From positions 98,208,001 through 98,272,000 of the forward strand of contig OX597819.1 of NCBI GenBank assembly GCA_951406725.2: a DNA stretch of 64,000 nucleotides. The letters run 5' to 3'. This DNA is from Octopus vulgaris (taxonomy: Eukaryota). The position numbers and the translations under genes are program-made. Positions 1 through 12,994 of this stretch are shown here, in pieces. The notes beneath the pieces are model-generated. The model worked only from the letters and a program-made list of their open reading frames with translations. It searched no databases and was not told the DNA's origin. Every line of letters begins with the position of its first letter. The stretch's first letter is position 1.

Positions 1-152
1 ATATCAGTACTCAGCTACATGGCCCCAAAAAGATTGGTACAAATGTAAAGATAGAACATCTGCAGATGTCATCATTGCTTGGAACTGAAGAGTTCTCCGG
101 AAGGATTCTTGAAGCATGATCAGTAAACAAGTTGCACCTTAGTCTGCTGACA

Positions 153-765
153 TCATCATCATCATTGTTCGACCGTGGTCGAGACAATGGAACTTACCAT
201 GCAACACCAGACTTCACAGTCCATCTTAGCATTACGGAGGTCCTGTTGCTGAAGATTACATCAGAGTAGGAGAGTGTGCGCCCTCTGGTATCTCGAATAG
301 ATGGCTTCCAGAGGAGAAGAGTAGAAATTGCCTCGTTTTCAGCTCTACAACAATGTGTAGCAAACTGGACTCTCTTACCTTTCACAAGAGATGACACAGG
401 TGGTAGTTTCCCATATATTTGCATTTTGGTTGGATGACGCTTCCACGAGAGATTTTGAACTCTCATAAGGAGGCGAGTGTAGGTTCCATCCAACCGCCTC
501 TCAAGCTTCTTTGATAACGTCCAGGTTTCTGAGCCATATAGTAGAAATGATTCGACTGTGGCTTTGAAGATTTTAAGTTTGAAATCTCTACTTAGATTTG
601 ATGACCAGATCTTATGCTTATCATTATAAGCTGACCAGGCCATACCCTTTCTAGTTAGAAAATCTTTTTCAGATGATGATATGTATGACCCAAGATATTT
701 GTAATCAGAAACCATATTTAAGGGCGTATTGTTGAGAGTATGGATGATGAAATCACTGTTGGACA
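153..765 (-). mobile_element. 5'-truncated RTE-type LINE (RT C-terminal/thumb region) with (ATG)n tail
   Basis: ORF 194..715(-) has YKYLG and LLYGSETW...RRLDG motifs typical of RTE-clade RTs. (CAT)n at 151-165 is the 3' tail. GCTGACA at 146-152 and 766-772 is a plausible TSD. Confidence 0.85.
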
Positions 766-973
766 GCTGACACTTACATCACACCCAGCAAAATACGATG
801 AGTTTTAATCAAATAATGATAATTATAATGATAATGATAATATTATCAATATAAACAACAACAATAAAAAACAAGGCACTCAAAAAATTCTGGACAAAGA
901 TTTATACAGAGTTAATATATAACACACTCACACACGCATATGTGTGTTTATGTGTGCGTGCATGCGCTCGCGC

Positions 974-1004
<31 letters not shown>

Positions 1005-1419
1005 TGTGTGTGTTATTATATGAATAAGCCGTTACGCGCGTGTGTATTTCTGTGCCTGCATGTATATTCAGAGCTAGGCAATTGGTTAGCATCAGTATTT
1101 GAAGGGAGGTAACCCTATTAGCTAACACTTGAATTATCCCGCATATCCTAGCTAGTTCTGCTATTTCGACCCCTCCCCCTAAACACACACACACTAAAGA
1201 TGATCGTACGGTCAGTTCACACCCGATGAGTTAATTACGTAAATATGAATAATGTCATGTAACTACTTGTAGTCTATTCTGGAGATTGTATTCTGATGAA
1301 CTATATAAACTGTACCATACTGGCACTGAGAGCTTTCGTCTTGAATTACACGCACATACATTCATGTGTGTACATATATGCGTGTGTATATGTACTTGTG
1401 AGTGTGTGTCTGTATACAT

Positions 1420-1458
<39 letters not shown>

Positions 1459-2107
1459 CGCGCATACGCATGTTATATCTCCTTGGATTATGTTAATGAT
1501 GTAGTCTAGAGAGGTCCCCATTAAAAGGTTACTAAGTAGATGATAGATGACCATAAAAGAGACAGAACAGTTGGTTGGGTGGGGTGGGGGTAGGTCCAGT
1601 TTCGCAACCATTCAAATACCATCCCTCAACTACAAGCGGGACATCCTCCACCACCATTTTCACCTTTGACATTGTATGTTACTGACATCTGTTACCTGTG
1701 TGATTTAGGTGATTGCTAGTGACAATCATACATCACATGACCAAACCATCACCACCACCACAACAACAACTATTGCTACTACAACTAAGACTACTACTAC
1801 TACTAAATAATATATGGTGTGCGAAAAGGTGTAAATTTGTACATGCGCGCGCGCATATAAATACGAGAGGACATGCAAACGGCTAATGGAAAAGAAAAAT
1901 AGATTTGGAAAACCCTCTCGTCAGCTATTAAGTCCAGGATCAATGTTGTTTCGGTGCGAATATACATTTATATAGGCGTGTGAATGTGTGTGTGCATGTG
2001 TGTCTGTGTGTGTGTGTGTGTGTGTGCGTGCGTGTGTGTGCGTGCGTGTGTGCGCGTGCGAGTGAGTGTTGTCTGTGTGTGTGTGGGTGCACCCGTATGT
2101 ACAATAA

Positions 2108-3440
2108 CACTGTATGCATAACAGTGGAGAAAGTGGAAATGAGAATAACCTTTTCTAAGGGTATTTTATGTATAGATCACGAATATAACATTCGTTTCTT
2201 TCTATGACCCTTCAGTTTCTCGTAAATTACCATCTTACTTACGTTAAATACACTGATGGTTCCGTAGAAATTGAGTGCAAACAGGGTTGGGCCGAAATTG
2301 ACAACTCTAAAAGTTATCAACGAATTTTTATATAATTTTAATGGAGTGTTTCTAAGGTATTTATCAACCTAACCTACGAAAATTATAAAAGTACACTCAA
2401 TATTTTTATAGTTATATGGGTCCAAATCCGTGGTAAATCTGACAAGAAACCACACCTCATCACCCAACATGAACTCAATGATCTAGTTTGTGAGCCAATA
2501 CTTACTAAGCAACAGAGTGAAATCCTGGCCTTACGTCTGCAACAACACAATCTGTTGGATAAAGATGCTCAAATTACAATATTTAGGAAGCGTTCTGCAG
2601 ATCTACAGCAATTCTTCACTTTGGAAAACAACTCGATTTCTGTAATGAAATCAGAGACCTATTCAATGCTCTAGAGCTGACCTCTATGAACCAAATAGGT
2701 GGAGATTATTCATAATTGCATCCCTTTAGAGCATAAAAGCGGTTCTGTTGCACATTGGGAACACTATGCCTTCAGTTCCTATTGCTCACTCAGTCATTTT
2801 AAGAGACATATGAGGACCTTGCTTTTATTCTAGACCGCATAAGTTACAGAGAGCATGAATGGCTAATTTGTGCGGACTTGAAAATAGTAGCCCTACTTAA
2901 TGGGCTACAAACTGGATACACCGAGTTTATGTACTTTCTTTGCAAGTGAGACAGTAGGGCCAGATCAGAACACTACGCTCGGAATGGTTATCTAGGGTAA
3001 CTATGATACCTGGATGCTATAATGTAAGTCATGATCCACTAGTTAAGAAAGAGAGAATCATTTTGCCACCACTGCATATAAAACTAGGTTTAATGAAGCA
3101 ATTTGCCAAAGCACTGCAACATAACAAGCCATATTTCCAGTACCACAAGGCGATCTTCTCTAAAATAAATGATGCCAAGATTAAAGAGGGCATATTCGTA
3201 GGCCCTCAGATTCGTCAACTTATAGTTGATGAGAACTTTGAGGTGACAATGGATTAAACTGACCTAGCGGCCTGGCTTGCATTCAAAGATGTATACAAAT
3301 GACTTCTGGGAAAGCACCAAGTGGCCCAGTGAGAGAGTATAGTGAAGAGCCTAATCAAGTGCTACCAAAATCTCGGATGCAATATGTCACTGAAGGTACG
3401 CTTTTTCATTCTCATTTGCCTTTCTTCCTAGAGACGGGAA
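2108..3440 (+). pseudogene. Decayed DNA transposon, Chapaev3/CMC-like transposase pseudogene
   Basis: Broken frames give PHLITQHELNDLV, WRLFI..S..SIKAVLLH.GN, WLICADLKIVALLNGLQTGY, LPPLHIKLGLMKQF and KIKEGIFVGPQIR. CACTG at 2108 is a possible 5' end. Multiple stops and frameshifts. The superfamily is assigned from recalled motifs. Confidence 0.75.
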
Positions 3441-3455
3441 TGACAATGGTGCGTC

Positions 3456-3892
3456 TGTAACTCGTTGTGTTTTCTTCCAAGAGTAGTAGTTTTCCTTATT
3501 GTTTGTATATGTATATAATATAATTTATCTTAAGCTAAAACTTCACAAGCTGCTACTCCGAGTTTCACTGATTCTCAAGCAATGAGGAAATCAAGAAACT
3601 GATCACCAAGTACGTGACAAAAATCGTTGATAATAATATTAATAATTGGAGGAGAAAAAAAGAATACCTGCTTACTGATGGACATTGCAATAATAATTGT
3701 AGTTGGAAAGTCGTAGTTGGCAATCGAAACCCAAGTATAATCAGGGGTGGTTCGTCCTGGGTAACGCTTTTGTGGGTGCTGTAATTTTGGGGCTTCCGTA
3801 TATGCCTATATAAACTGTATTGGCCCGGGGTGGATGGTAAACTCAAGTGCTAGCCCTGGCGACACACACTCTAACTACCGTCACTGGTTACA
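3456..3892. mobile_element. Solo-LTR-like segment (437 bp)
   Basis: Begins TGTAAC and ends GTTACA (perfect 6-bp terminal inverted repeat, TG..CA) and abuts the point where the Chapaev-like ORF stops. No matching TSD found. Confidence 0.45.
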
Positions 3893-4216
3893 ATCTATGT
3901 TTATCATATCTGTCCTTTTTTAATCTGCGCCTGAAATGATATTTAACGTAACTCTATTCAAATGTCACCTGTTTTGTCTGGAATATTGATGCTATAACTT
4001 ACTTGTTGTTAGTTTAATCACAGACACAAAAGGACGCGATTTGTGTTTTATAATCGATCTATGACATATCTCTGAACTTTAATTCTCTCATTAGTCACAG
4101 AAACGAAAACGGCAGATAGAAAGAGAGAAAGGAAGCGATCAAAGGTAAGGTTTCCTGACCGAAAAAAATCTGCTGGAAAAAGAAGAGATAAAAAAAAGGG
4201 TAAAAAATACATATGT

Positions 4217-5330
4217 GCAGGATTAGTTCTGTGGTAAGAAGTTTGTCTCCCAACTACATGGCTTTGGGTTCAATCCCACTGCGTGGCATCTAGGACAAAT
4301 GTCTTGAGCAGATCAGGGCTTTGTGCGCGCGCGTGTGAGTGAATTTAGTACACGATATATATACATATGCATGGCTCAGTGGTTAGAGCATCGAGCTTAC
4401 GATTGTGAGGTTGTGAGTTCGATTCCCGAACCGGCTGCATGTTGTGTTCTTGAGCAAGACACTTTATTTCACGTTGCTCCAGTTCACTCAGCTGCCTTTC
4501 CCTTGGATAACATTGGTGGTGTGGAGAGGGGGAGGCTGGTATGCATGGGCGACTGCTGGTCTTCCATAAAAACAACCCTAGGTTGTGCGTTCGCCTGTGA
4601 GGCAACTTTCTGCCCAGACTTGTACCCCTGAGGGAACCTCTTAGGTGCACCCATGGTCATTCGTGATCGACGGAGTCGAGTGTGTTTGCGCGCGCGCGTG
4701 TGTGTGTGCGCGTGTATGTGTGTGTATGTGTGTGTCCACCACCGCTTGACAACAGGTTTTAGTTTGTTTACCACTCGCCATATCGCGGTTCACCTATTGC
4801 GCCCTCAGTACATCATGGAATTTTCTGGCTAATATATGTAAATTTTTATCGCGGACTCCTCAGTATATCGCGGGATTCTGCGATCAATAGGTATTTATAT
4901 TTTTTCCGATTTTAATTATTTCTGTGGTAAAATAAGAATTTTCACGCCCAAAAATTAAAAAATTAATAAATAAAAGTACAGTATTAATTTTAATTAATGT
5001 GTGTAACACATTAATTAAAGTGCATTAAAAGAAAATACATAGTGTACCGTAAATGAGTAAACAAAGAATCGTACATAGTGTATGGAAAACTCAAGAAGCC
5101 AGTGTGTGATGTTGTTTTGCATTTATAATAAAATAAATATATACAAATTGTAATAATAATAATAAAAATGTATACAGTACAGTACTGCTTCTACTTCGCG
5201 TATTTTCACCTATCGCGGGTGGGGAGAACATAACACCCGCAATAGTCCAGGGATTACTATACCTGGCTTTTAAAAAAATTAATACTGGGGTGGATTTGTT
5301 CGACCAAACCCTTCAACGCAATACCTCAGT
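4217..5330 (+). mobile_element. Nested cluster: family A SINE interrupted by a family C SINE (4369-4680) and a Tigger-like MITE
   Basis: Family A head at 4217-4350, middle at 4730-4772 and tail at 5260-5330. Family C head TGGCTCAGTGG...GAGTTCGATTCC starts at about 4372. Confidence 0.7.
4775..5259. mobile_element. Tigger/pogo-like MITE, longer relative of 46229-46451
   Basis: Ends are reverse-complement matches to the ends of the 46.2-kb MITE (CTCGCCATATCGCGGTTCACCT ... CAGGGATTACTA). Confidence 0.65.
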
Positions 5331-5337
5331 CTGACAG

Positions 5338-5600
5338 AGCTTTTTCTTTTGACCTACAGATTTTTAAAATAATTTTTTGTAACTAAACACTTTCAAACTT
5401 CGGACACTGTGTCATATAAAACATCTTTTACTCTTAGCATTTTTGAAAAAAAAAAATTATATTTACGAAGTTATTTCACGCTAAAATTGTCCTATTTCGG
5501 TAATTTCAACCAATCAATAAAATTACTGCTGTTGTTTGTCCCTAACCCTAATACTAAAACCCTAACCCTAACCCTAAAACCTTAAAGACACAAAAGGTTT
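5338..5600. mobile_element. Degenerate MITE with CCCTAA repeats, related to 6805-7213
   Basis: Shares GTAACTAAACACTTT.AAACTTCG and AATTTCAACCAATC blocks with the 6.8-kb MITE. Confidence 0.55.
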
Positions 5601-6136
5601 CAAGACGCAACGAAAATTTTAGGAAAATAAAAATAAGAAATAAGTGGAAATTTTACCGGTGAGTGTGTTACATTATAAGGCACAAAAAGAAAATGACTCT
5701 CCCCAGACACAACAGAATAATCTCCTATGTTTATAACAGAATTCTGAAATTTTCCAGAAATCAATCCAAAAATGAAAATATTTTGACCGGTTGCATCCTT
5801 CCCAATGGAAAAGGGACAAAATGAAAATTTTGTTTGAAAAATATCGTTGTCTTCGATTATTAAAACCAAAATAGTTTTTGAAACACACACACACACGTAC
5901 GTGTAAATTTGTTACAGAAAGTAATGTGTTCGAAGCTCACCGGGATAATTAAATTTCTTTTGGATAAAAAAAGAAAAACATTTCTAACAAGACACAGTTT
6001 CATCACTATGCAACTGTTGATTCAGTAAAACATTAATCTCCAGGCTTTTTTTACTCTCGGCAACACCTGGTATTTCAAGCAGTATACGCGCTAACAGGTG
6101 CGGGGAAGAAATGTCAGCTTGTGTATGTGTGTGTGT

Positions 6137-6181
<45 letters not shown>

Positions 6182-6184
6182 CGC

Positions 6185-6218
<34 letters not shown>

Positions 6219-6804
6219 GCGCGTGTGCGTGCGTGCTAGCATAGGCGTGTCATGTATTTAGCGACCATCACCTATTTATCATCTTTACCTTCATCCTATC
6301 ACTGCTTTTCAATTTCAATGTTCCTCTGCCGACTTCAACTTTTTTTTTCTGTTCGCCTCTTCTTCAGATGCGTTCAACTCAAACCAAGGCTCGTATTGTT
6401 CCCCCTACTTTTAAAATATAGCTCAAACATACCTATTTCTTTACTTCCCACAAGGGGCTAAACACAGAGGGGACAAACAACAAATATACCATTAGTGTTT
6501 CATAAGTTATAAAATTTGAATTACATTAAACCTGCGAGCTGTCGGAAGAGTTAGTACATAGGAAAAACACTTTACGATATTTGTTCAGGTTCTTTACGTT
6601 CTGGGTTCAGATCGCACTGAGCCCGACTTCGCCTTTTAGGCTCAACAAAGTAAAGTACTACTGATAAAGTATTGGAGACGATGGCATCAACAAAACCGTT
6701 CTCAAAAATTGCTGACTTTATGTCTTAAATTAGCCGTTATTTTGAATCGTATTATATTGCAATAATACGTATTAAACTGCTTTATTGTTGTATTAAATTT
6801 TTTA

Positions 6805-7213
6805 GGATCTTTTCGGTTTGAACGGCAGTTTTTAAAAATAATTTCCACGTAACTAAACACTTTTAAACTTCGTATACGTGTAGAATGTGTTTATAAAACA
6901 TCTTTTTCTCTAGGCTTTATTGAGAAAATTGTATAGTTTGTAAGATATTTGTTGTCTTTTTCTTCAATTTCTGCAATTTCAACCAATCGATGACGTATAT
7001 TGAGGTGAAAACATTCTGTGCCGTATGAATATGTCCCTCGTTTAAGAAACAGATTGGGTTTATTTACATTTCTGAAGAAAATTGATACCCTTCCTCTCAC
7101 CCCTAAACCTAAAACAGATTGAAATGCAATAGTCCGATACTAGGGTCATAATTATGGGTGACAATTTCATATAATACCACTAGAAAAAACTGCCGTTCAA
7201 ACCGAAAAGATTC
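6805..7213. mobile_element. MITE with ~29-bp TIRs (possibly MuDR-like)
   Basis: GGATCTTTTCGGTTTGAACGGCAGTTTTT ... AAAAACTGCCGTTCAAACCGAAAAGATTC, with AT-rich flanks. Confidence 0.8.
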
Positions 7214-7489
7214 ATTTTTAAAATTTTGATTCGTATTTTCTCTATCTGATTTGAAATTTGAATTTGAAAGAAGAACTGATGATCACATTTGGAATGCTTT
7301 CCTTTTAATAAATGTTTGTGAAATTGATTAATAAATTCTAATTCTTTGCTGTACTGACTTTTGAAATTTGCAGCTTTGCTTGAATTTTACGAAATTTTAA
7401 TTTTGGCCCGTGAAATAGAAGATATCAACAGCCAACGTTGTATTTAGTGCGCTCGTTTGAAGTAGCTTCCTAGTAATACAATCGATAAG

Positions 7490-7710
7490 GCTGCGTACTG
7501 GTAGAATCATTAATGCATCAAAGAAAAATAAAAATGCTTAGTGACATTTCTTCCGGCTTTTTATGTTCTGAATTGAAATTCCGCCGAGGTCCATTTTGCC
7601 TTTCATCCTTTCGGAGTTGATAAAATAAATTCCAGTCAAGTACTGGGATCGATGTAATCGACTTGTCCCCTCCACCTTAAACTTGCTAGCCTTGTGCCAA
7701 AATTTGAAAC
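7490..7710 (+). mobile_element. tRNA-derived SINE family B (Nin/Deu-like central domain)
   Basis: AAATTCCGCCGAGGTC..TTTGCCTTTCATCCTTTCGG..TGATAAAAT core shared with more than 15 copies in the window. Confidence 0.8.
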
Positions 7711-8002
7711 ACGCATTTGTTGATAAGGCGTTCGGAATTCAAACCCACGCAGTGTCCCAGCTGGTATTTTGTCTATGTATTACGCTTGACTGTTGTCTCA
7801 AAAATATTGTTTAGGTTATTTTTCGTTGTAGTTAAACAATGCTGGCTCCCAAATGTTCAAATTTGTTTCTTTGTAACGATATTCGTGATAACGAGATGCT
7901 TTAACGATTCCATTAAGATTATGGTCACAAAAATTCACTATATTGGTATTCGTTATAACGGAATTTCACTTAATTTAGTTTTTATTGATATTTGAATGAT
8001 TA

Positions 8003-8210
8003 AAGGTGGAGAGCTGGTAGAATTCTTAGCACGCTGGATGAAATACTTAGCGGTAGTTTGTCCGTCTTTACGTTCTGAGTTCAAATTCCGTTGTGGTTGA
8101 TTTTGCCTTTCATCCTTTCGGGGTTGATAAAATAAGTACCAGTTAAGCAGTGGGGTCGATGTAATCAAGTTGCCCCCTACCTCAAAATTCCTGGCCTTGT
8201 TCCAAAATGT
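8003..8210 (+). mobile_element. SINE family B
   Basis: GAGCTGGTAGAA...GAGTTCAAATTCC...GCCTTTCATCCTTTCGGGGTTGATAAAATAAGTACC. Confidence 0.85.
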
Positions 8211-8767
8211 GAAAATTATATTTAAACAGTTATAAAGTTTCAATGAGATACAGATATTTTAAAATAACATAAAAGATTTGTCAGATAAAAATAAGCAGAT
8301 TTTGGATTTGGAAGACGATAAATCAACCCTTTACCTGTCCTAAATCTTTTCATAATTTTGTCCTGAACGTCAATGCTTCTCTTCAAACTGCTAATTATCC
8401 CTTTATTTCATACGTCCTGAGTAATACAAAGCTTTCCTTTCATGAGTCCCAAGTTATTCTCTGGGTTGAAAAAAAAAAGTGAGAATGTGTATCTTATGCG
8501 ATGCATGGATGCCAGGAAAATATGTCCTGTATCACATGTGATTCACAGGACAGGCAAAGAGTTAAGTTACCAAGAAATCATTGATATTAACGGGTATTAT
8601 CTCTTAACTAGGTATTGCTAAAGAATTATTTTGCGGAGATGTAAAACTTTCGACAGAAACTGTTAGATTCACTAACAGTAATAATTGCGAGTTACATTAA
8701 GGAAAATGTTTATATCTTGTGTAAGTGTGGTCACGAGAGAGAGAGTGGAGAGGAAGACCTCGATGAA

Positions 8768-8921
8768 TTAAAACTCATAAAGACATATTTACGGTCGTCC
8801 ATATCACAAGATTAAATTCATAGAGAACTTTGTCAATAGGAAATGATGTTTTAATCAAGATCGATAAAGAAACTGCTACGAAAACATTTGCGGATCTAAG
8901 TTCGAGAAAAATATGTTTTAG
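8768..8921 (+). pseudogene. hAT transposase C-terminal dimerisation domain remnant
   Basis: Translates as LKLIKTYLRSSISQD*...LSIGNDVLIKIDKE...FADLSSRK, matching the hAT LKLIK.YLRS.M.Q.RL..LSIE pattern. Confidence 0.6.
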
Positions 8922-9129
8922 TTAGGATAATGTGTGTTGTTCATCATCTGTTCTTTTGTTCATATTGTTTAATTTATTTGGAGTAAATCCGTTACATCTA
9001 CAGAAGATCAACGTTACCATTCGAAATTTTACTCACCCACCAACCAACCCTCACTCAGTGTCTGAGCAAAAATCTATCGAGAGCATTGCAAGTAACATAA
9101 ACATACACACACACACACATACACACACA

Positions 9130-9344
<215 letters not shown>

Positions 9345-9492
9345 TAATATATTAAACTTCAAATTTCCGCACTAAGGCACGGAGTTTATGCCCTATGGTC
9401 GTAACTTCAACCATGCTTTTTCTGTTGTGAGTTTGCTACCCAGGTATCGGTTATCTTTCGAATTATCCGTAATAAGATAATTCATTTGTCTA

Positions 9493-9536
<44 letters not shown>

Positions 9537-9565
9537 CGCGCGCACATATATATATATATATATAT

Positions 9566-9625
<60 letters not shown>

Positions 9626-9859
9626 GTGTGTGCGGAGAAGTTGAATTTTATTTCATCATTTAGTTTGGTGGGTTCCAAAGGGCGATTTCTAACAAAGATT
9701 CTTCATATTTTGTTGGTACTGGCGTAAGATTTATGCGAATATGAAATTATTATTATGGTGTGTTAAGAGAATTTATTTAAAGATATCCCATAGAAACTCA
9801 ACAACAATGTTAAAAAATGGAGAAGAGATGATGTTGAAATATAAAAGAATTATATATAC

Positions 9860-10027
9860 ATACAACGGGCTTCTTTCAGTTTCCGTCTACCAAATCCACT
9901 CACAAGGCTTTGGTCGGCCCGAGGATATAGTAGAAGACACTTGCCCAAAGTGCCACGCAGTGGGACTGAACCCGGAACCATGTGGTTGGTAAGCAAGCTA
10001 CTTACCACACAGTCACTCCTGTGCCTA
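9860..10027 (-). mobile_element. tRNA-derived SINE family A (CORE-like), 5' half
   Basis: Reverse complement of GGAGTG.CTGTGTGGTAAG...GGTTCAGTCCCACTGCGTGGCAC.TTGGGCAAGTGTC...GTAGACGGAAACTGAAAGAAGCCCG. Confidence 0.85.
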
Positions 10028-10160
10028 TACATGTATTGTTCACTGGAATGTTTTCCTATCATGCTTGTATTAATTTTGTGACATTTCCGTGGCACAGAAG
10101 TATTTTTGACTTCTGTTTTTAGGGATGTAGGTGCCCACGTAGTACCTTTATACACACACG

Positions 10161-10197
<37 letters not shown>

Positions 10198-10645
10198 GGT
10201 GTGGGTGTGTGGTAAGACGCTTGCTTCCCAACCACATGGTTCTGGGTTCAGTCCCACTGCGTGGCACCTTGGGCATGTGTCCTCTGATATAGCGTCGGCC
10301 CAACCGAAGCATTGTGAGTGGATGGTATATATATATATATATACCTGCGAGTATATATGGTATATATATATATATACCTGCGAGTGGATGGTATATATAT
10401 ATATATATATATATCTGCGAGCTGGCAGAAACGTTAGCACGCCGGGCGAAATGCTTAGCGGTATTTCGTCTGCGTTACGTTGTGAGTTCAAATTCCGCCG
10501 AGGTCGACTTTGCCTTTCATCCTTTCGGGGTCGATAAATTAAGTACCAGTTACGCACTGGGGTCGATGTAATCGACTTAATACCTATGTCTGTCCTTGTT
10601 TGTCCCCTCTGTGTTTAGCCCCTTGTGGGTAATAAAGAAATAGGT
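10198..10645 (+). mobile_element. Family A SINE head joined through a short compound tandem repeat to a family B SINE (10416-10645)
   Basis: Family A head at 10198-10325, three units of GAGT(GG/AT)ATGG(TA)nCCTGC, then a near-complete family B copy. Confidence 0.8.
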
Positions 10646-10650
10646 ATATA

Positions 10651-10731
<81 letters not shown>

Positions 10732-11091
10732 CAAACCAATGGGGACTACACAAGGTTAAGTATTCTTACGGAGTAGAACAACAACTTCGTTGTCATTATC
10801 ATCATCGTTATAGTCATCGACGAGAGCCACAACGGAATATAGATTACATGGGAATATTTTTAAGAATATGTAACAAAAAATAACGAATGAAGAGAACATG
10901 ACTGGAAGATTTAAAGTGAGGGAAACAATTGGTGACATGGAGGAGACTGTCGGCTGGCTGGTTGGTTGGTTGGTTGGTTGGTGAAGGGGTTTGAAGTGGG
11001 TATGTTTTGAAGTAAGAGAACTAAGAAAGAAAGAGAGCGAGAAGTAGAGGGACAGACAGGAAAAGAGGAGTAAGCAGAAAGAAATTGATGG

Positions 11092-11136
<45 letters not shown>

Positions 11137-11272
11137 TTATGGGTGTGAAAGAGAGAGAGAGAGAGAAATAAGAGATGCAATGATAGATTCAGTGTGCGCA
11201 CGCGTACATGCTTGTTCGAGTATGTGCGTATAAGTGCGTGTGTGTATGTGCATGTGTTTGTATGTGTATGTT

Positions 11273-11310
<38 letters not shown>

Positions 11311-11825
11311 TGTGTGTGTGTGTGTGTGTATGGAGGGGCGCAAGGTGCTACTGTATATTATAATTACAATCGACAAATCAGTTGCACACAACTGAAGAGG
11401 TTCCTTTCTCTTTGACATGTCACGCTCCAATGATTCATATCACATTCTCTCACACATCTCTTCTAATAATGCTTATTTGTGGAAGTTTTTGTGGGGTAGG
11501 GGCTATGTAGTAGTGTTTAGTTTGCCGTTGTTCTTTAACCCTGAATTCGATTTGATTGAAGAAACCCAGGATCAAAGAGTTTCTAGTCGTGACCATCTCG
11601 TTTTATTTATTTATTTATTTATTTATTCTAATGCATTAAGATTACACTTCACAACGTAGTCGTCTTTATTTCAGACGGAAGTCTGTGATTTAAGAAAGAT
11701 ATGGCTGCTGTTTCTAACAGGTCGAGTGACCTTAAATATACTCCCTAGCCTGAGAGTGACTATCGTTGTTTAACGCTGGTTAAGACTTAGCTGTCACAAC
11801 TCATTATTTAATTACATTTAACAAA

Positions 11826-12180
11826 TAGGCGCAGTCGTGGCTGTATGGTAAGAAGCTTGCTTCCCAACCACATGGTTCCGGGTTCAGTCTAACGGCGTGG
11901 CACTTTGAGAAAAATGTCTTCTACTAGAGCTTCGGCCGACTAAAGTCTTATGAGTGGATTTGATAGACGGAAGCTAAAACAAGCCACCGTCACATATGTG
12001 TGTGTCCGTCTACCTCCACTGCTTGACAACCGGTGTTGGCGTGCTTGCATCCCATGCAAAAAAAAAAAAACGATGGAATAAGTACCAGGTTTTAAAAAGT
12101 AAGTATTGGGGTAAAAACAAATCGACAAAAAAAAATCATCAAAGTTGTGCCCCAGCATGGCCTCACTCTAAATGGTTACA
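11826..12180 (+). mobile_element. SINE family A
   Basis: GGCGCAGTCGTGGCTGTATGGTAAG...GGTTCAGTC...GTGCCCCAGCATGGCC. Confidence 0.8.
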
Positions 12181-12389
12181 GAGATTCTTTTTGTGGTGCC
12201 TGGTGGTTTCATATGGTTGTTGTGCAGTTCTTGTTCAGTCCCGACCGATCATTTCTATGGTTTTCCAACGAGTCAACCGAATAACGTGATATGGGCCAGT
12301 AGATCCACTTCCAACGTATTGTTTGTTTACCATTGTTGCTGTTCCTTTCTTTAAGACCAAATGTGAAACTCCATTGATTTTGATCTAAG

Positions 12390-12565
12390 GGTGTCTGGCG
12401 ATATGAAGGACATCCGGCCGTGGAAAAAATTGCCTCAGCGAAATCCCGTCCGGCACATACATACAAGCGTAGAAAAGTGGACGTTGAAACGATGATGATA
12501 ATGTTGATGATGATGGTGATGATGATGATGATGATGATGTTCATGATGATGATGATGATGATGAT
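12390..12565 (+). mobile_element. RTE-like LINE/SINE 3' end with (GAT)n tail
   Basis: GAAGGACATCCGGCCGT...GTGGACGTTGAAACGATGATG. Related ends occur at 27640-27785 and 28980-29570. Confidence 0.6.
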
Positions 12566-12779
12566 ACTCTTTTACTTGTTTCAGGCATTTGACTGTAGCC
12601 ATGCTGGAGCACCGCCTTTAGTCGAGCAAATCGACCCCAGGACGTATTCTTTTGAAGCCTAGTACTTATTCTATCGAGCTCTTTTGCCGAACCGCTAAGT
12701 TACGGAGACGTAAACACACCAGCATCGGTTGTCAAGCGATGTTGGGGGGACAAACACAGATACACAAACAAATACACAC

Positions 12780-12827
<48 letters not shown>

Positions 12828-12991
12828 GACGGGCTTCTTTCAGTTTCCGTCTACAAAATCCACCCACAAGGCTTTGGTCGGCCCGAGGCTATAGTAGAAG
12901 ACACTTGCCCAAGGTATCACGCAGTGGGACTGAACTCGGAACCATGTGGTTCGTAAGCAAGCTACTTACCACACAGCCACTCCCACGCCTA
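12566..12991 (-). mobile_element. SINE family A, full length with internal (TA)/(CA) tract
   Basis: Both head and tail (CATTTGACTG..GCCATGCTGGAGCACCGCC) are present. Confidence 0.9.
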
Positions 12992-12994
12992 TTC

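Noticed and set aside
1293-1345. CTGATGA as a possible hammerhead or C/D box
   Set aside because: No stem II followed by GAAA on the same strand. The same applies to CTGATGA at about 38450.
5541-5582. CCCTAA telomere-like repeats
   Set aside because: Only a few degenerate units, internal to a MITE; not a telomere or fusion site.
9373-9392. TAAGGCACGGAGTTTATGCC resembles miR-124
   Set aside because: It has four mismatches to a nearly invariant miRNA and no complementary 5' arm upstream.
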